From NCBI GenBank assembly GCA_038883335.1, contig JAVZMI010000006.1, positions 16,811 through 80,810 of the forward strand: 64,000 nt of DNA. Reading direction: 5' to 3'. This DNA is from Candidatus Bathyarchaeia archaeon. Its GTDB lineage: Archaea > Thermoproteota > Bathyarchaeia > Hecatellales > Hecatellaceae. This document shows, one piece after another, positions 60,189-64,000 of this stretch (within the stretch, counting starts at the first letter, position 1; the number at the start of each line of letters is the position of its first letter). Position numbers and translations under genes: made by a program. The notes under the pieces are model-generated. The model did not search any database and was not told the origin of the DNA. It saw only the letters and a list, made by a program, of their open reading frames with translations.

Positions 60189-60386
60189 TCATCGGCGTCT
60201 AAGCTGCCCCCCGAACCTCCCATGCTCCCTTACATTTTGGCCAGCCGCCCTCTTCAAGGTAACCCGTTTCTCATAGTTCCTCCTCACCCTGAAACGTGGG
60301 ATGGGCGAAGCTCTCTCAGCGGACTGCAGCTTGGGAGTCTGGGAGCGTACCTTTCCAGCCTTTGTGAGTGAACCGTGCGTAGGCAT
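60189..60386 (-). CDS. rps30e: Ribosomal protein S30e
   Basis: [20 protein letters not shown]... is the typical S30e N-terminus. The protein is 65 aa and basic. Confidence 0.8.
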   Translation of the reverse strand: MPTHGSLTKAGKVRSQTPKLQSAERASPIPRFRVRRNYEKRVTLKRAAGQNVREHGRFGGQLRRR

Positions 60387-60444
60387 GTATGTCGCCTAAG
60401 CTAATACTCAAAGCCCACTACTTAAATTTTAGGGCGAGAAGCTT

Positions 60445-61269
60445 CTAGACCGGTACTGATTTACCTGTAGCATCTCTCTTCCAGAAGCCGAACTCCTCGA
60501 TTTTACTGAGGAGCACACCTGAAAATACGGGGCCATCCCGACAAACCCTATACTTGCCCAACATGCAACTACCACATATGCCAACCCCACATTTCATATA
60601 ACGCTCGAGACTCACCTGAACTGGGATACTATATCTGACTGCGAGATCTACAACCTCTTTCAGCATGAGTTCAGAGCCGCAGGCATATACTTGTTTGATG
60701 CGGCGGCGCTCTTCCAGCACCTTTGCTAAGGTTTGGGTCACGACGCCCTTCAACCCGTATGTCCCATCCTCGGTGGTCGCTATAACTTCACCGACTCTCT
60801 TGAAATTCCTCAAGAAGAGGAGTTCAGTCTTAGTTTTCGCTCCAGCTAGGATGGTTACCTTGGCGCCTGCGTTTGCGAGATTCTCTGCTAGGGGTAGAAG
60901 TGGCGATAGACCAGTCCCTCCGCCGACGATCAGAGATGCACCCCGCTGCATGCCGAAGCCATTCCCGTAGGGACCTCTTACTCCTATCACCGCTTCCCCC
61001 CTCAACTGATGTAGTGCCTCCGTAGTCTCACCAACCTTCTTAACAGCGAAAGATGCCACCCCCCTCCTCCAATCCATTAAGGTGAGACTCATCGGAACCT
61101 CTTCAGCACCGGGGACCCAAACCATGATGAACTGCCCAGGCTTCGCCTCAGCGCAGAGTTGATCCTTGAAGGTGAAAACTTTGACGTACTCACTCTCACT
61201 TCTAACAGCCCGAAGTCTAACCATTCTAGGCCTGTTCGGTGTTGAAGGTAGTTGGCTTCCATTGTTCAC
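60445..61269 (-). CDS. pyrK: Dihydroorotate dehydrogenase electron-transfer subunit PyrK
   Basis: FAD/NAD-binding layout (GQFIMVW, RGPYGNGF, GGGTGLSPL) and a C-terminal 2Fe-2S motif (CGVGICGSCMLGKYRVCRDGPVF). It overlaps pyrD by 4 nt. Confidence 0.85.
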   Translation of the reverse strand: MNNGSQLPSTPNRPRMVRLRAVRSESEYVKVFTFKDQLCAEAKPGQFIMVWVPGAEEVPMSLTLMDWRRGVASFAVKKVGETTEALHQLRGEAVIGVRGPYGNGFGMQRGASLIVGGGTGLSPLLPLAENLANAGAKVTILAGAKTKTELLFLRNFKRVGEVIATTEDGTYGLKGVVTQTLAKVLEERRRIKQVYACGSELMLKEVVDLAVRYSIPVQVSLERYMKCGVGICGSCMLGKYRVCRDGPVFSGVLLSKIEEFGFWKRDATGKSVPV

Positions 61270-62174
61270 CTGTGCGCAACCCCGATTATATCGGATGGGC
61301 TACGTAACCCTTTCCTGTTTAGGTATCTGCTGAGGCCGGCGAGTATCTCTCTAAATACCCTCAAGTCTTTGTGCACAATGGCGGTTCCGATCTGGAGGGC
61401 GGATGCCCCAGCCATCATGAACTCCACAGCATCTTCCCACGTGGTTACCCCGCCGCACCCTATTATCGGAATCTTCACAGTCTCAAAGATCTCGTAAACG
61501 CATCTGAGGGCTATCGGCTTAATGGCTGGGCCTGATAAACCACCAAACTTCCCCCCCAGTATTGGCCTACCTGCCTCCACGTCTATAGCCATAGCCTTGA
61601 CAGTGTTAATCGCTACCAATCCGTCAGCTCCTGCTTCTTCTGCGGCCTTTGCGAAGGTGGTTATTCTGGATACGTTTGGACTTAGTTTCACAAATACTGG
61701 CACATTTACAGCCGCCTTGACTGCCTTGATGACCTCAGATAGAAGCTCAACGTTCTGCCCAACCTCAGCTCCCACCTCCTTTACGTGAGGGCAGGATACA
61801 TTCAACTCGACAGCAGACGCTCCTCTCGCGCACATCATCGTAGACACATATCGGTAGTCCTCGGGTGAGCAACCATAAACGCTTGCTATAAGAGGCACTT
61901 TCAACGCCTCCAAAGCTCGATCCAGTTCCTTGACATATTCATCGACACCTGGGTTAGGCAACCCCATAGAATTGATCAAGCCAACCTCAAGCTCCACTAT
62001 GTTGGGGGCCTTAAAGCCTGGGCGAGGCTCTCGGCCTATCGACTTGGTCACTACAGCCCCCACTCCAGCCTGAGCTAACCTCAGCAGCGAATTAGATGTC
62101 AAGCCTAAGATGCCTGAGGCGTTCATGAGGGGGTTACCCATCCTCACCCCAGCTAACTCAACAGACAGATTCAT
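61266..62174 (-). CDS. pyrD: Dihydroorotate dehydrogenase (class 1B catalytic subunit)
   Basis: Motifs seen: NASGILG, GLPNPG, ELNVSCPH, VKLSPN, INT, GGLSGPAIKPIALR, IIGCGGV. Confidence 0.9.
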   Translation of the reverse strand: MNLSVELAGVRMGNPLMNASGILGLTSNSLLRLAQAGVGAVVTKSIGREPRPGFKAPNIVELEVGLINSMGLPNPGVDEYVKELDRALEALKVPLIASVYGCSPEDYRYVSTMMCARGASAVELNVSCPHVKEVGAEVGQNVELLSEVIKAVKAAVNVPVFVKLSPNVSRITTFAKAAEEAGADGLVAINTVKAMAIDVEAGRPILGGKFGGLSGPAIKPIALRCVYEIFETVKIPIIGCGGVTTWEDAVEFMMAGASALQIGTAIVHKDLRVFREILAGLSRYLNRKGLRSPSDIIGVAHR

Positions 62175-62258
62175 CCCTGCGCACCCGAAGGAGGATTTAT
62201 CATAATTGGAGCGGGACAGCTACATTACCATTATTCATAACCAGTTAAAGGGTTTAGT

Positions 62259-62279
62259 AGTTCTCTTTAGAGTTCTCTT
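62259..62279. repeat. Tandem direct repeat AGTTCTCTT-tag-AGTTCTCTT in the pyrD/rhomboid intergenic region
   Basis: Read directly: copies at 62259..62267 and 62271..62279, period 12. Confidence 0.85.
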
Positions 62280-62333
62280 GGAATCCCACTTAGCCATATA
62301 TCTTAGGCCGTATAGCATTATTTTGAGCTACCA

Positions 62334-62888
62334 TTGGTGGGTTGGTCGTTTATCTTTATCGGTGTGAACTTCGCCGCTTTTATCCTCCAGAACATCCTAG
62401 GCACCCCTCTGATATTCATGTTCATACCAGCGTTGGCGTTGGAGATGCCTTGGATGTTTGTCACCTCAATCTTCCTTCACGGAGGGCTAACTCATCTCAT
62501 AATCAACTTAATCGCGCTGGCCTTCCTAGGGGCGGTGCTGGAGGGCATGCTCGGAGCGAAAAGGTTCTTACTCTTATATCTCTCAGCAGGGGTTGTTGGC
62601 AACCTACTGTACATGGTAACCGCGTTAAACCCTTTCACCCCAGCTGTAGGGGCATCTGGTGCCATTTACGGGATTATGGGTACTCTGGCCACATTGCGAC
62701 CGCGAATGTTGGTGTTGGTAGGCATTATTCCCCTTCCCATAATAGTTGTGGCGTTGGGCTATGCAATAATAGACATCACTGGCATGTTCGCACAGTCACA
62801 GATTGCCCACGGCGCACATCTGGGAGGATTGATCCTAGGGGTAGCTTATGGGCTACACCTCAGAAGAAAGGTGAAGAGGAGCCTTTAA
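62334..62888 (+). CDS. Rhomboid-family intramembrane serine protease
   Basis: 184 aa, 6 TM segments, HGGLTHLIINL, catalytic GASGAIYG and HGAHLGGLILG. Confidence 0.85.
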   Translation: MVGWSFIFIGVNFAAFILQNILGTPLIFMFIPALALEMPWMFVTSIFLHGGLTHLIINLIALAFLGAVLEGMLGAKRFLLLYLSAGVVGNLLYMVTALNPFTPAVGASGAIYGIMGTLATLRPRMLVLVGIIPLPIIVVALGYAIIDITGMFAQSQIAHGAHLGGLILGVAYGLHLRRKVKRSL

Positions 62889-62995
62889 AGCTCGTATTTC
62901 CAAACTGGAAAGATGTTGCGATTTAGTAACGACATTAGGAAACTACTTAATACCCGACTAGGCGATCTCTACCATGTGGACTCACACTTAGAGGG

Positions 62996-64000
62996 ATGCG
63001 GATGGAGGAGCTGTCAATAGTAGACTCTATAGCCGGAATTCTGGCCGTAGACAAGGGGAACAGAGTAATCGATAAGGCTGTATTCCCAAAAGATCCGGTT
63101 AAGATAGCTGAGAAGATAGCCCGAATTGAGGCTGGCAGTCTAGTTGAGGAGGCTGAACAGCTTATCCAGCGGCTTAGGAAACATTGCAAACGCTTCATTT
63201 TTGAGAGCGAAGCCGTGGCTGCCAATGCTAGGAAGACTTTGAAAGTCAAGGTGAAAGTGTCCAAGCCAAGCGAGGCTGGCGAGTATGTCCGATCTAATCT
63301 GGGCGATATCGCAGCTGCTATAGGCTTTGTCGAGAAGCCAGGAGACGTCTTCAGCGTTATGCGAGAGGTCTCCACCATCCTGACCAAGCTGAGGGTTAAA
63401 GCAGCTGCCTCGAAGAGGGATCAGATAGTTATTCAGATGATAAACTCTATCGATGAGCTGGACAAGATTATGAACCTCCTAGCTGGGCGGATGAGGGAGT
63501 GGTATGGACTCCATTTTCCTGAGATGTCTCGGCTAATCGATTCACATGACACTTATGCCAAGCTGGTGACTGAGCTAGGGTTGAGAGAGAATTTCAACTT
63601 GGAAGCTTTGGAGAGACTTGGAATAGCTGGTGAGAAGGCAAGGCGGCTTGTCGAGGTGGCTGGCTCCTCGCTGGGAGGGATGCTGAACGAAGGGGATATG
63701 GCAGCTCTACAGTCGCTCTCACATCTTTACATGGAAGCGTCGAGGCTGAGGTGCCACTTCGTTGATAGGATGGAAACCCTGATGGAGGAGGTCTCTCCGA
63801 ACTTGAAGGCTGTGACAGGGGCTACGCTGGGAGCGCGACTGATAGCCTTGGCTGGAGGGCTTGAGAGGCTGTCCAGGTTTCCAGCTAGCACCGTGCAGGT
63901 TTTGGGAGCTGAAAAAGCTCTCTTCCGATCTCTAAAAACTGGAACTCGCCCCCCAAAACATGGCATAATATTCCAACACCACCTAATTCATAAGGCGCCT
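62996..64000 (+). CDS. nop5: Nop5 (Nop56/58) C/D-box RNP core protein; the 3' end lies beyond the window
   Basis: My own translation; it is absent from the ORF track because there is no stop inside the window. M(R)MEELSIVDSIAGILAVDKGN..., a coiled coil, then the NOP domain: MREWYGLHFPEMSRLI...VSPNLKAVTGATLGARLIALAGGLERLSRFPASTVQVLGAEKALFRSLKTGTRPPKHGIIFQH. The frame is open from 62951, with ATGs at 62996 and 63002. Confidence 0.85.
   Translation, partial: MRMEELSIVDSIAGILAVDKGNRVIDKAVFPKDPVKIAEKIARIEAGSLVEEAEQLIQRLRKHCKRFIFESEAVAANARKTLKVKVKVSKPSEAGEYVRSNLGDIAAAIGFVEKPGDVFSVMREVSTILTKLRVKAAASKRDQIVIQMINSIDELDKIMNLLAGRMREWYGLHFPEMSRLIDSHDTYAKLVTELGLRENFNLEALERLGIAGEKARRLVEVAGSSLGGMLNEGDMAALQSLSHLYMEASRLRCHFVDRMETLMEEVSPNLKAVTGATLGARLIALAGGLERLSRFPASTVQVLGAEKALFRSLKTGTRPPKHGIIFQHHLIHKAP

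Noticed and set aside
62342-62926. 194-aa + strand ORF overlapping the rhomboid gene in another frame.
   Set aside because: It is an Arg/His/Gly-rich sequence with no motifs or TM helices. The 62334..62888 frame has the rhomboid GxSG and His catalytic motifs and 6 TM segments.

Overview
The window is an archaeal chromosomal segment with mostly housekeeping content. I infer archaeal origin from the 16S start (CCGGTTGATCCTGCCGGA) and end (GGATCACCTCCT), a 16S-23S operon with no spacer tRNA and no linked 5S, PriS/PriL/PCNA/GINS, Orc1/Cdc6, TFS, Nop5, and r-proteins S27e/L44e/S30e. This architecture is typical of TACK/Thermoproteota-type lineages. A finer placement (for example Bathyarchaeia-like) is only a guess without a database search.

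Main blocks, in order:
- a truncated wHTH + ATP-cone RNR-like gene
- class II HMG-CoA reductase and tRNA-Pro
- HtrA
- a 7-deazaguanine/archaeosine cluster (YhhQ-type transporter, ArcS-motif protein, radical-SAM-like protein)
- a frameshifted family-4 UDG and an NAD kinase
- an FrhB/FpoF-like protein convergent with an 11-subunit complex I operon (nuoABCDHIJKMLN order, no nuoEFG, split nuoJ)
- a PCNA-PriL-PriS-Gins-L44e-S27e-AAA replication/translation cluster
- NAPRTase, TFS and TrkH
- the rRNA operon
- a short hinge-less SMC-like ATPase with kleisin-like and ScpB-like partners
- ModE and TupABC (tungstate uptake), a corrinoid protein and tRNA-Phe
- a KaiC-like ATPase and a PadR/ABC-2 exporter
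- a 960-aa tubulin/FtsZ-superfamily protein followed by orc1/cdc6 and a coupled small wHTH
- S30e, pyrK-pyrD, a rhomboid protease and Nop5 (partial)

I saw no CRISPR array, transposase or integrase. The best candidates for something undescribed are the giant tubulin/FtsZ-like fusion protein next to orc1/cdc6 and the compact SMC-like/kleisin/ScpB-like triad immediately downstream of the rRNA operon. All functional calls rest on motif recognition by eye. No database search or structure prediction was run.
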